This document shows, piece after piece, positions 1-11,878 of a stretch of DNA of 26,787 nucleotides (position 1 is its first letter; every line of letters begins with the position of its first letter). The stretch lies in the NCBI RefSeq assembly GCF_006345805.1, contig NW_021834715.1, positions 1-26,787 of the forward strand, written 5' to 3'. The notes under the pieces were generated by a model. The model searched no databases. It saw only the letters and a program-made list of their open reading frames with translations, and was not told where the DNA came from. This stretch comes from Octopus sinensis (Eukaryota). The position numbers and the translations under genes were made by a program.

Positions 1-940
1 AAAAGAGAAATAGTTTGTGTCATAAAAAGATTCACTAAAAAGACAAAAAAAAGAAACATCTTTGTAAATTTATGCAGTTCGATATAAGAGAGTTCTATCA
101 GTTTATAACCAAATCCCTTATTCAGTAAAATTTGGTTGGGATTTTACGCCAAGTAGTGATTTCGACAATAATATTATACACCTTAGGAAATATTTGTTAT
201 CTTACTATGATTTTGTATTAACTTCAGTGACCGGTTATTGATCATTGTACCATTGGATCCCTACGATAAGGTTGAGTTTCTTTTTATTTGATATGATTGA
301 ACAACTTATAGCTACTTCAGATTCCCCTCGCTAGATTTGAGTCCTTAACATGATGATAGCAATTTACTCTGTGAAATATGAATAGATAGCGACACTTTTT
401 TGAATTGTATAACAGAAAAGGTATTTCCCAAACCTTATAGCGTCCAGACAAAACGAAATAGCGCTGTGAAATTTTTCATGTTATAAACAATTGCGTATGC
501 TGATAAACTTTTATTTGCAGTAATTGATTGTAAATCCTGAGAAGTTCGGGTTAGCATTATTACGGCAATAGATGTAAAAGGGAAGAATCTTTTTAGTGAC
601 AGTTTGATTTTCTGTTGCAACGTTCAATAGTGGAAGAAGTATTATCTAAGCAAGAGATTTTCGTCTTAACATTGTGCGCATTAAAAGTTTGACGTTTATA
701 AAGATGCTGATTAGAAATTAAAAGATCCTGAGATCCTGACTTAGTTCGCAACGATTGAGGTGAGATCTGTTCCAGATTATTTATCTTTTTTTTCACTCGC
801 TTTTGATGACAGGCAAAGTATTACCTCATAGGAAAAAACAAGTGATCTGTGTATTGTCAAAAATGATGGAATCTGAAATATCTTTGCCGACTCCATTTCA
901 TTTGGTGCCGGATTTATTCTTCTGCCTTTGGGGTTCTTCT

Positions 941-1376
941 TTTTCTTCTTTTATTTGTTTCAGTCATTTGACTGGGGCCATGCTGGAGCACAGCATCTAG
1001 TCGAGCAAATCGACCCCAGGACTTATTCTTTGTAAGCCTAGTACTTATTATATCGGTCTCTCTTGCCGAACCGCTAGGTGACGGGGACGTAAACACACCA
1101 GCATCGGTTGTCAAGCGATGTTGGGCGGGGGGCAGGCAAACACAGACACACAAACATAGACACACACATACATACACACATACACCATACACACACATAC
1201 ACACACATACACACACATACGCACACGTACACACACATAAGCCTAGTACTTATTCTATCGGTCTCTCCTGCCGAACCGCTAAATTACGGCGATGTAAATA
1301 CGCCAGCATCGGTCGTCAAGCAATGCTAGGGGAACAAAAACAGACACACAAACATACACACACACACACACACACA

Positions 1377-1410
<34 letters not shown>

Positions 1411-1595
1411 ACACATATATATATACATATATACGACGGGCTTCTTTCAGTTTCCGTCTACCAAATCCACTAACAAGGCTTTGGTCGGCCCGAGGCTATA
1501 GTAGAAGACACTTGCCCAAGGTGCCACGCAGTGGGACTGAAGCCGGAACCATGTGGCTGGTAAGCAAGCTACTTACAACACAGCCATTCCTGCGT
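941..1595 (-). mobile_element. tRNA-derived CORE-type SINE (family A, octopus-like) with tandemly duplicated 3' segment
   Basis: Reverse complement of the 2141-2563 copy: head with B-box-like GGTTCCGGCTTCAGTCCC, CORE-like GCACCTTGGGCAAGTG, central (TA)/(TG)n, tail ...TGACTGAAACAAA. The block starting TAAGCCTAGTACTTATT occurs twice (about 1032 and 1238). Confidence 0.85.
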
Positions 1596-2140
1596 AAAGA
1601 AATTATGTTACTTTTAACACTAAGGATGCAACTGTAGAGTATATTTTTATGACGTAGGATATTCATTTTTCTACCAAATTTATAGCATGATGTATTCTCG
1701 AGTTAGTGATATCAATAGAAATATGTCTATGGTATATGCCAGTATCAGTTTCGTAAATGTTTTTGGTTTTACCTGAACAAAGATATATTTTAGTTTTTTT
1801 TTCTAATCCTGTTGAATAACTTAAAAGTGTAAAATATCTTCAAATCTATTGGTCAAATTTCAAGTGATCTAAATTTAGTTTGCAGTTAGATAAGTGAGCT
1901 CCACTTGAAGGGCTTTAACTCTGAATTTTAAATTGAGGCTGGTTTTCTTGCATAATTTTTTCAAGTTAGATCATCCTAAATTTATTCAATATCTTGTTGA
2001 GAATGATAAATATTTATGCTAAAAGTCTTGAAGATTCCTATGAAATTTTTTCTGAAACAATATGTCTTGCTTGAAATTGCTGCTAATGCTATTCCATAAT
2101 ATTTGCATCACATATTACAACAAACTGTCGTATTCTTTAT

Positions 2141-2312
2141 AGGCGTAAGAGTGGCTGTGTGGTAAGTAGCTTGCTTACCAACCACATGGTTCCGGGTTCA
2201 GTCCCACTGCGTGTTACCTTGGGCAAGTGTCCTCTACTATAGCCTCGGGCCGACCAAAGCCTTGTGAGTGGATTTGGTAGACGGAAACTGAAAGAAGCCC
2301 GTCGTATAAATG

Positions 2313-2357
<45 letters not shown>

Positions 2358-2563
2358 TTGTATGTCTGTGTTTGTCTCCCCCCAACATCGCTTGACAACC
2401 GATGCTGGTGTGTTTACGTCCCCGTAACTTAGCGGTTCGGCTTAAGAGACCGATAGAATAAGTACTAGGCTTACAAAGAATAAGTCCTGGGGTCGATTTG
2501 CTCGACTGAAGGCGATGCTCCAGCATGTCCACAGTCAAATGACTGAAACAAGTAAAAGAGTAA
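2141..2563 (+). mobile_element. tRNA-derived CORE-type SINE (family A), full-length copy
   Basis: GGCGTAAGAGTGGCTGTGTGGTAAG head, GGTTCCGGGTTCAGTCCC B-box-like motif, ACCTTGGGCAAGTG CORE-like motif, internal (TA)n(TG)n, tail GACTGAAACAAGTAAAAGAGTAA. Homologous copies at 941-1595, 7579-8708 and 24705-24869. Confidence 0.88.
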
Positions 2564-2881
2564 CAGTATTGAGCAATAATTTTGTTGCCATCAACAGAGC
2601 TCCCTGTTGACTAATATGCAATTTGTATTTATACAATCACAAACATTCTATTGAAAACATCCCTGAAAATGTTAACACCGCTGAAAATTTCAATCAGAAG
2701 GAAATGAACTCTTGCTCATTATCCAAAATCGGTTACTACGCTCATCTCTCAGACTTAAGCATCCGAGCGATGTGTCAAACTTTTATGTCTTTGAAATCTC
2801 AAATGATGCAGCACTCTAAAGGGAAACAAGTGTATGTGTGTGTGTGTGTACACACACACACACGCACACACATGTATAGTA

Positions 2882-2992
2882 TTATTTGGGACAGCAAGGA
2901 TACTTAAAAGAGTTCTTGGTATCTAAGGCTACTTGCTGTAGTCCGATGTTAGGAACTTTTCCTTTCCAACAGTCTAATCTGTTGTGTGTATA

Positions 2993-3033
<41 letters not shown>
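2882..3033 (+). mobile_element. Severely 5'-truncated R4/Dong-like non-LTR retrotransposon 3' stub with (AAT)n tail
   Basis: Encodes terminal FGTARILKRVLGI* (stop 2924-2926). The 3' UTR aligns with 3614-3676 (TAAGG...CCGATGTTAGGA...CAACAG...CTGTTGTG...ATATGA), followed by (AAT)n. Confidence 0.75.
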
Positions 3034-3063
3034 CATGATGATGATGATGATGATGATGATGAT

Positions 3064-3695
3064 CAGTGTAGCTTATGTAAGTCAAAGGAGGGAAGTGTTA
3101 CTCATATAGTTAGCGAGTGTAATATGTTGGTACAGAAAGACTATGAGAAGGAACATGACAAACTAGGGAAAATAATCCACTGGTAGTTATATAGAAAGCT
3201 TGGATTTGGTCATTCTGATAAGTGGTATTAATTTGAACCTAGTAAAGATTTAGAAAGTAAGAAATATAAGTTGTTAGATTTTTTCAGTGAAACTGACAAA
3301 GTCATAAATGCTAAAATGCCTGATATAGTAATAATAGACAAAAAAAATAGAAAGTGCCAGGTGACTGACTTTACAGTCCCAAATGATGAGAAAGTCAAAA
3401 TGAGAGGTATAGAAAAAATAGCAAAGTACCAGGCCCTATACATTGAGTTACAGAGACTATAAAAAGTCTAATTAAAATGTATCCCCGTGGGAACTATCCC
3501 TAAAGATTTGAACAAACGGATAGAGGAAATAGGCATAAAACCTAGTTTAGTACAGTTCCAGAAAACTATTATTGGCGACAGATAGGATACTGACGAAGGT
3601 TCTATGTATCTAAGGTTATCTGTTGTGGCCCGATGTTAGGATTTTTTTACAACAGCCTGTTGTGCATATATGACATAATAATAATAATAATAATG

Positions 3696-3765
<70 letters not shown>

Positions 3766-3772
3766 TAATAAA
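3064..3772 (+). pseudogene. 5'-truncated R4/Dong-like retrotransposon: CCHC zinc knuckle plus restriction-like endonuclease, disrupted, with (TAA)n tail
   Basis: CSLCKSKEGSVTHIVSEC (C-x2-C-x8-H-x4-C), HDKLGKIIHW, PDIVIIDKKNRKCQVTDFTVP...EKIAKYQ (PD..D..K RLE signature), several stops, then 3' UTR and long (TAA)n at 3677-3772. Confidence 0.88.
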
Positions 3773-4231
3773 TATAATACTATGATAAAATATTTTCTTT
3801 CAGGGCTGTCCGAGATGTTGGACATATCCTATTTCTCTCTCTCTCTCTTCTATCGTTTCTCTTGTCAAAGAAAATATTTCTCCAGCGTTCGCTATTTTAC
3901 CTTCGTCTGATCTAACGACCCTCTATGTTTGTTTTCGTTCAGTTTCTTTGTATGTCTCTCCACTGTTCAGTTTTTGTTACCAACTTTGACCTTCCATAAA
4001 TCCCAAATTTTATTTTGGCTTTTGTGGGAGCAGCTGCCTTCGAAGACTCATATTGTCGTTCAATGCTCGAAATGAGGAGAAGATAGACAGCCGGCAACTG
4101 ATGAAGGGTCGTTTATTATTTACTCGTTCTCTTTCCCATTTGTTTCTCTCGTTGTTTGCGTATTCAACTCATTTGTTTTCGTATTTCATGTTGTTAACTG
4201 TTTGTGACGTCCTGTACCCATATATGCATAG

Positions 4232-4299
<68 letters not shown>

Positions 4300-4892
4300 A
4301 TGTATATGCATATATATATATATATATACATTTATATTATGAATATGTATATAATATATATATATTTATGTATATATGTATGTATACAATATATATATGT
4401 ATATGTGCTCATTTACATATTTATGTACACATTTACATATCTAACAATTTATGTGTGTGTGCATATGTATATAGATATACACACATACACACACACACAT
4501 ATATATATCATATATATATATATGTGTATATATATATACATACATATATATATATATATATATACATATAGGTGGTGCTATTAAGTTAGACATGGTCTGG
4601 ACCAATCTTTGGTCGAAACATATCTAAGTTTATATATATATATACATATACATACACACACACACATATATATATATATTTATATATGTACTGTATGTAT
4701 TTATGTATATGCATATATACATACATATATATATTATATATATATGCATATATATATTATATATTATATATATATTTTATATAATATATATATATGTATG
4801 TATATATATATATGTACAATATATATAATATATATATATGTGTGCTCATGTACATATCTATATAAGCATATATTATATACATCCATATACAT

Positions 4893-4923
<31 letters not shown>

Positions 4924-5008
4924 CATACATCCATATATATACATAAATATATATATACATGTATATATAATATATATATATATATATAATAGTTAATCCA
5001 AATATATT

Positions 5009-5057
<49 letters not shown>
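4232..5057. repeat. Compound (TG)n/(TA)n/(CA)n microsatellite array with a short unique island at 4571-4630
   Basis: Directly visible dinucleotide runs; source of the YI/CV/HT repeat ORFs. Confidence 0.97.
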
Positions 5058-5060
<3 letters not shown>

Positions 5061-5413
5061 AGTGTGGTGTACAGGTACATATGTAGCTGGTTGGCTGGTT
5101 GGGTGATTGGTTGGTTTGTGTATGGTAAAGAATACTGAATCAAGATTAACAAAGGCAAGTACTTTATTTTATATATAACAACCTGATCTACAGGGCTCTA
5201 CAACCTGTCGTTAGACTATTTGATCACTAATTACAGTGCAAACGATAGAGGAGATATATATAGATATACGGAACGTGATAACTCTTTTTTCCTTTCTTTC
5301 TTTTCTAACTTTCTTTGCTGTCATTGGTTTATTTTTCCCTTGTCTTATTTTTCGAACGTTTCAGGTTTGTTGCTTTTCCCTTCCGTTTTTCTTTACCTTT
5401 TCTTTATATTTAG

Positions 5414-5483
<70 letters not shown>

Positions 5484-5514
5484 TTATCTACCTGTCTGTC
5501 TAGGAATAACTCTT

Positions 5515-5546
<32 letters not shown>

Positions 5547-5582
5547 ATTCGCTCACCCTTATTCACTCTCTCTCTCTCTCTT

Positions 5583-5622
<40 letters not shown>

Positions 5623-5981
5623 TATATATATAAACAGCAAAATGTCTGCGTGTGTGTCTTTATACAAATCCACAAGTTTTCAGTTAGAGGGCTCGCACTT
5701 TCTATAGTCATTCAAAACCGTCCAAGGGTGGCCGTGCACATCTTTACATTTCCCCAGTCACCCCGCAAAGTCATTAAAAAATCAATAGAAGTGACTTTTT
5801 TGTAAATTTTCTATCCAAAACCAATCAAAATGCCCGAAACTTGATACGCCAATTGAATGCCAGCTAGCTGTATGTGATTGGTCGGAGATTTGGACAGTAC
5901 TCGCGTGTATGTGCGCACGCACGCAGCTGTATATGCATGCGCTAGCATTATGACCCGGCGTCGTCGGGTCATAGTGCTAGT
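5583..5981 (+). mobile_element. Non-autonomous Helitron-like element
   Basis: 5' TC..(TA)n..AAACAGCAAAATGTCTG; 3' GC-rich hairpin (GACCCG..CGGGTC) ending in CTAG (5977-5980) followed by T. Matches the Helitron 5'-TC / hairpin-CTRR-3' pattern. The 5' boundary is uncertain within the (TA)n. Confidence 0.7.
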
Positions 5982-6052
5982 ATATATGTATTGGCATGAA
6001 TATGTTCATATATATATATACACATTGTATGGATATATTCATATATACATAC

Positions 6053-6125
<73 letters not shown>

Positions 6126-6209
6126 TATATTCATATGTCCATGTACACACCACACACATATGAGACCCAAATAAGAAGACCAAAAAGGAACTTAGAAAAT
6201 CATTATTAT

Positions 6210-6365
6210 GAAGCCGAATAGACAGAATCGTTAGCTCTCCGAACAAAATGCTTAACAACATTTTGTCCAGCAAATTCTGCCGAAGCCGACTTTGCTCTTA
6301 ATCTGATCGGAGTCGATAAAGCAAGTAGCAGTGAGCACTGGGAGTCGATGTAATCGGGAAGACCC
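6210..6365 (+). mobile_element. Degenerate SINE family B copy
   Basis: CAGAATCGTTAGC...AAATTCTGCCGAAGCCGACTTTGC...GTCGATAAA aligns with the better copies at 7346-7546 and 20355-20564. Confidence 0.65.
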
Positions 6366-7212
6366 TTTCTCCATTAAGATTCCAAACGTTTTTCCTATTA
6401 TTAGTTACAAACGTTTCAGTACCACTCCGTCTGTAACATCAGTGCCTACCTTCTTTCTGCTTACGTACCTACCTACCTTCCTACCTACATACATACATAC
6501 CTACCTATCTGCATACATACATGACTATTGGTCTACCACTCTACGAATCTGCTATTCAGCATTTTATAAAAATGTGGTGCTAACAACTAATAGACTAAGA
6601 ATGTCAATAACAAAATAATATCACAAATTAAAGTCTATTGCAGTACACTGGTTTGAAAAGCAGATGTTAATCGGACTACCGTTCTCTCCTCAGAGGAATT
6701 TTGCAAATTAAGTAAATCCGGCGAATTGTTTCAAAGGAAATTCTTGAGAAGAAATTCTTTCTGTTCAGTAATGTTCGTTGCCGTTTCAATATGTGGTTGT
6801 ATAACAATGCTTTTCTCGTATTTTAAATGTGCAGCTCTACTCATGATTTTCCAGGATATGGTGACACGTTTGAAATCACTGTCCTTTAAGTTCCAAACGA
6901 ATTTTGCCAGAGAGATAGAGTTCTCTCAGTCACTCGACCGACATGAATGAGTGTAGGTGTTGGTTGTATCGTTTTATCGTCTATACACAATGTTCCCCAA
7001 CTAAAAAAAAAACTGGTTGTATAAGTAAGTGTATGGAATGCGAAATAGGGACTACAGAAACATTTGCGTCAAGAAAACGAAAGTGATAGATTTAATCTAA
7101 TTAGGCGCAATCAACATAGCATTGTTGATAAGCTCGTTGCAAAACTTCAGAAATAAAAGTTCCTAACTTAACTAGAATTCCGTCTAGTATAACGTACATA
7201 TCCACGAATAAT

Positions 7213-7256
7213 ATACCTGATGACGATCGGATATCACACCGATAGGAATGTTGTAT
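7213..7256 (+). ncRNA. Degenerate minimal type I hammerhead motif
   Basis: ATAC-CTGATGA-C-GATCGG-atatcaca-CCGATA-GGAA-TG-TT-GTAT. Stem I AUAC/GUAU and stem II AUCGG/CCGAU pair; the GAAAC core is mutated to GGAAU. Confidence 0.5.
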
Positions 7257-7345
7257 CGTAGTAAATAATGAAACGATTTTTTTACTCTAAGCATGTGGTT
7301 AATAGTTTGATAAATTATAAATGCACTAATAAACCTTTCTACTAA

Positions 7346-7546
7346 AGGCACAAGGCCTGAAATTTTGGAGCAGCGGAGAAGTTGATTACATCGACCCCAG
7401 TGTTATACTGGTATTTACTTTATCGGCCCCGAAAGGATAAACGGTAAAGTTGACCTCGGCAGAATTTGAACTGAGAACGTAGCGACGGGCGAAATAACGT
7501 TAAGCATTTCGTGCAGCATGCTAACGATTCTCCCAGCTCGCCGCCT
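7346..7546 (-). mobile_element. tRNA-derived SINE family B
   Basis: Minus strand GGCGGCGAGCTGGGAGAATCGTTAGC (A-box-like) ... CAGTTCAAATTCTGCC (B-box-like) ... CAAAATTTCAGGCCTTGTGCCT tail; several homologues in the window. Confidence 0.82.
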
Positions 7547-7748
7547 TATCAATGCACTTATAATAACCAGGCTGTGTGGCGTAGGCGTAGGAGTGGATGT
7601 GTGGTAAATAGCCTGCTTACAAACTACATGGTTCCGGGTTCACTCCCACTGCGTGGCACCTTGGGCAAGTGTCTTCTACTCTAGCCTCGGGCCGACCAAA
7701 GCCTTGTGAGTGGATTTGGTAGACGGAAACTGAAAGAAGGCCGTCGTA

Positions 7749-7781
<33 letters not shown>

Positions 7782-7996
7782 TATGTGAAATAGAAAGATG
7801 AATAATCTTGTTGTAGATTAATCAAAAGTTAACCGATACCTTAGTAGCAAAAATCACAGCAGTAAACAGCACGGTTGGAGGTACAACCATCTGGCGTTGC
7901 AACCGTGCGTTGGTGCGGATAATTGAAATTAAAACATTATTGGTGAATTGAGGAAATGGAGCTGAACGCAGATTGAACAGAAATCGTTTTATTTCA

Positions 7997-8076
7997 TTCT
8001 ACACGTGTTTCGAAAGGCACAAATTACCAAAATCCGATTGAATAATGGGACCATATTGTGTCTTTCTCTTCAGGAA
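7997..8076 (-). ncRNA. Type I hammerhead ribozyme (left-arm mirror copy)
   Basis: Reverse complement of the 8241-8319 motif. Confidence 0.75.
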
Positions 8077-8240
8077 GAAAAAAGGAAATCCGTTAGAGAA
8101 ACAAAAACAGAACAGAGGCGGAGCAAAAACCAAATCGAACTATGCTCCTAAGAGCCCATGGGCTCTTAGGAGCATAGTTCGATTTGGTTTTTGCTCCGCC
8201 TCTGTTCTGTTTTTGTTTCTCTAACGGATTTCCTTTTTTC

Positions 8241-8319
8241 TTCCTGAAGAGAAAGACACAATATGGTCCATTATTCAATCGGATTTTGGTAATTTGTGCC
8301 TTTCGAAACACGTGTAGAA
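8241..8319 (+). ncRNA. Type I hammerhead ribozyme with palindromic stem III
   Basis: TTC-CTGAAGA-GAAAG(A)CACAA..about 32 nt..TTGTG(C)CTTTC-GAAA-CACGTG-TA-GAA. Core intact, stem II 10 bp with one mismatch, self-complementary ACACGUGU stem III, predicted GUA cleavage after A8316, short stem I UUC/GAA. Confidence 0.75.
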
Positions 8320-8377
8320 TGAAATAAAACGATTTCTGTTCAATCTGCGTTCAGCTCCATTTCCTCAATTCACCAAT

Positions 8378-8415
<38 letters not shown>

Positions 8416-8424
8416 TATATATAA

Positions 8425-8456
<32 letters not shown>

Positions 8457-8960
8457 ATATATATATATATACATATATATGCATGTGTGTGTATATGTTT
8501 GTGTGTCTGTGTTTGTCCCCGTAACATTGCTTGACAACCGATGCTTGTATGTTTACGTCCCCGTAACTTAGCGGTTCGGCAAGAGAGTCCGATAGAATAA
8601 GTACTAGGCTTACAAAGAATAAGTCCTGGAGTCGATTTGCTCGACTAGAGGCAGTGCTCCAGCATGGCCGCAGTCAAATGACTGAAACAAGTAAAAGAGT
8701 AAAAGAATAAATATTTATACTTTTAATTAAAGATAATGTTGTTTTAATTAAGGAGCCCTTTGTTATTATCCGTGACCACTGGTTTTATTTTTATCAAATG
8801 CATTTTGCAGTTTATCTGATATTACATTATTTAATGCATCCTTTCTGGTTAAAACGTTGAAGTTGAGGAAGACACCGCTACTATTAATGGCAGGTTATGC
8901 GACGCGTACACGTCCTCGCGTTTGGGTTGTTTGGGTGGGGAAGAAGAGAATGGTGACGAT

Positions 8961-9457
8961 TTTATTATTATTATCATTATTATCATTGAGTGAGAGAGCA
9001 GTTCATGCCATCAAAGTGACACTGGGGTAAAATATACGAAGCCCAATATACCCATCATGACTACCCGTCTGATAAAGGTACACCAGGCACATGCATCACA
9101 ACCATATGTGCGCGACATGGTGATCTCATATCAAGATAAACAGCACATGACCTTGCAGGTGGGGCCCAGTTAGAATTTTCTTCATTTTGAGTAGCCCATC
9201 CCGCTCAAACGGTCCCTGAATAAGGGTTGTTTAAGGATGTTGAAAGAACCACCCATGTTTCCAGAGGTGAACTATTCAAACCCCAAAGAATCCCTCTCAA
9301 CACATGGCTATGATGCTCCCCCACTACTTCTGCTCGTGATCAGAGATGCACATATCGTCAGCCACTAAGGGACATGCTCAACTGGTTAAGGTCAAACAAC
9401 TGACAAGCAAATCTGTGGTATTGAGCAGAATATTTGCTGTAGCCCATCTTTTATACC
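8961..9457 (-). mobile_element. Retroposon/SINE-like family D with (AAT)n tail
   Basis: The 3' roughly 135 bp are near-identical to 21644-21777 in opposite orientation, and both end in (AAT)n. No tRNA head recognised. Confidence 0.7.
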
Positions 9458-9467
9458 AAGACAAAAC

Positions 9468-10141
<674 letters not shown>

Positions 10142-10275
10142 ATACAAGAATACGGCGGAATTTGGTTAAGAAGTGGGCTGTCGTTTGTTTTCTGTCTTAT
10201 GTAGTAATGTTAACACTTAGTTTCAACACAACTATTACATGATCTGCATATATTATCATATATTAAATAAATAGA

Positions 10276-10315
<40 letters not shown>

Positions 10316-10517
10316 GGATAGAGAAATACAATGACGGTTTAACAAAATGTTCTTTTTTTTGCCTGTCTTTCGTCTTAAGTTTTTCTCTTCTCACTAAGTA
10401 ACGTCGATTTTTACAATCTTGTAAATAATAATAGTATTTTATAAGCTTAAAGCTTATAAAATACTAATATATATATATACATACATACATACATACATAC
10501 ATACATACATACATACA

Positions 10518-10549
<32 letters not shown>

Positions 10550-10701
10550 CGTGTGTGCGTATGTATGTGTGTAAATATATTAGCTATATATATATATGTA
10601 TGTGTGTGTATGTATGTATATATGTATGTATGTGTGAGTGCATTTGTGCGTGTATATGTCTGTCTATCTGTCTTCTGTCTCTCTGTATGTATGTATGTAT
10701 G

Positions 10702-10732
<31 letters not shown>

Positions 10733-11373
10733 TGTGTATCTACGTATGTGTATGTGTGCATGCCTGTATCTATGTATAGATTGTTATTAATCCAATCAAG
10801 AAATGAAGTTCAAAATGCACAGAGAATATATTAAAATGAATCAGAATTTAATCATATTTTACAATATACGAATACACTTTACCGGTTTCACATTAGATTT
10901 TCAAAAGTATAAAGTATATGGAGCTGTGTCGTGAATTATGTGTCTATTCTGACTGTTGTTATAAAAATAGTTTGTTTTGCTTCTTTTAACTAGGAATATG
11001 TCTCAGACATCATCTGGCAGTCTAGCGATGAGGTTACGTAAAAGTTTTTCTCTACTTTATATATTATATGGCAGTTAAAAAGAGATATGAATAAGTGATA
11101 TGATTGTTTACATAAATCTATTATAGATAATTATTGTTTACTATTCTGTCGCGGAATAATGTTTCAGTTAGTTCTAGTTCCTTCCCATTGAACATGTTAA
11201 AAAATATCTCTTTTTTGTTAACAAGGTGAAGGGTAAGTGACACATCAAGGTGTGAAATAAATTTGATAGCTGATAGTTGCTACATCAATTATGGCTTACT
11301 TAAAAACGAGCCAGGTAGAAATTCTGCAATAATCAATTCATAGGAAAAGGAGAATCGTGTATTACTGATGTTT

Positions 11374-11638
11374 TTATAAACTGTTCAGCAATGGCTTGTA
11401 TTTTTTGATAAACGAACTTTCTTTATTAATTTTGTTTGGTACGGGTTACTGTCTACACATTGATAGAGTGGGAAGGCAGGAAAGTTGGGATGTTCACTAA
11501 GTGGTGTTTCTCTAGCTTTGGGATCTCTTATTTGTTGTCGATGAATATTCTTAAAGTGAGTTTAGTTTGTCTAATGTAGTCTTCCTTTCATCCGTTGCAT
11601 TTCATTGAATATATTGTATTTTCTGAAGAACAAGTAAA
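11374..11638 (-). pseudogene. Penelope-like element GIY-YIG endonuclease remnant
   Basis: My translation: FTCSSENTIYSMKCNG*KEDYIRQTKLTLR / frameshift / HRQQIRDPKARETPLSEH ... SSFIKKYKPLLNSL*. This fits the N-x-IY..C..C..YIGQT...R...H..H and terminal FI..P.LN pattern of PLE GIY-YIG domains. An AT-rich 3' region runs on to the microsatellite at about 10790. Confidence 0.8.
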
Positions 11639-11878
11639 ATGGCTATCAGTGGGGGCATGATCAGGTGAGTACGGTAGATGATGGAAAGCTTCCAACTCCA
11701 ACTCCTGAAATTTTGCCAATGTCATTTTTCGATGTGTGGCCTAGCGTTTTCTCGCAATAAAATAAGAGTGGATCTATTGATTAATCTAGGCTGTTTTTTG
11801 TAAGTTTCTGCATCATTTGGTCCAGTTGGCTGCAGTATACTTCGGCCGTGATTGGTAAGCCAGGGTTAATGAAATCGA
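11639..11878 (-). pseudogene. Mariner transposase catalytic-domain fragment
   Basis: DFINPGLPITAEVYCSQLDQMMQKL / frameshift / QPRLINRSTLILLRENARPHI...HHLPYSPDHAPTDSHF (HDNARPH and YSPDLAPSD motifs, decayed). Confidence 0.85.

Larger units (their letters stand above)
7782..8386. mobile_element. Fold-back hammerhead element 1 (inverted Penelope-like terminal repeat architecture)
   Basis: Spacerless palindrome 7930-8158 / 8159-8386 centred on CCCA|TGGG, with one 1-nt indel (GGG vs GG) as the only difference I found; 148-bp one-sided extension 7782-7929; (TA)n on both sides; an HHR in each arm. Confidence 0.85.
7579..8708 (+). mobile_element. SINE family A copy split in two (7579-7781 and 8387-8708) by an insertion in its internal (TA)n
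   Basis: The 5' half ends ...GAAAGAAGGCCGTCG(TA)n. The 3' half resumes (TA)n GCATGTGTG...GTCTGTGTTTGTCCCC... and runs to GAAACAAGTAAAAGAGTAAAAG, colinear with the intact 2141-2563 copy. Confidence 0.85.

Noticed and set aside
435-1000. Three short ORFs in unique-looking sequence
   Set aside because: No recognisable motif, no convincing splice signals, stops in neighbouring frames.
3590-3596. CTGACGA hammerhead-like core
   Set aside because: Lies in the decayed ILRKVL coding end of the R4/Dong element; no stem II or GAAA follows.
4098-4104. CTGATGA AGGG core
   Set aside because: No closing stem II or GAAA downstream. It may be a truncated relative of the 18546 motif but cannot be supported as a ribozyme.
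7930-8386. Palindrome as a fold-back read or assembly artefact
   Set aside because: Sequence returns to the colinear 3' half of the interrupted SINE, flanks are asymmetric, and a second element repeats the layout. The artefact explanation is unlikely but not excluded without raw reads.
10990-11040. Possible HHR in the 3' region of the GIY-YIG element
   Set aside because: CAGATGA plus a TGTC/GACA hairpin on the minus strand, but no GAAA and no stem I.
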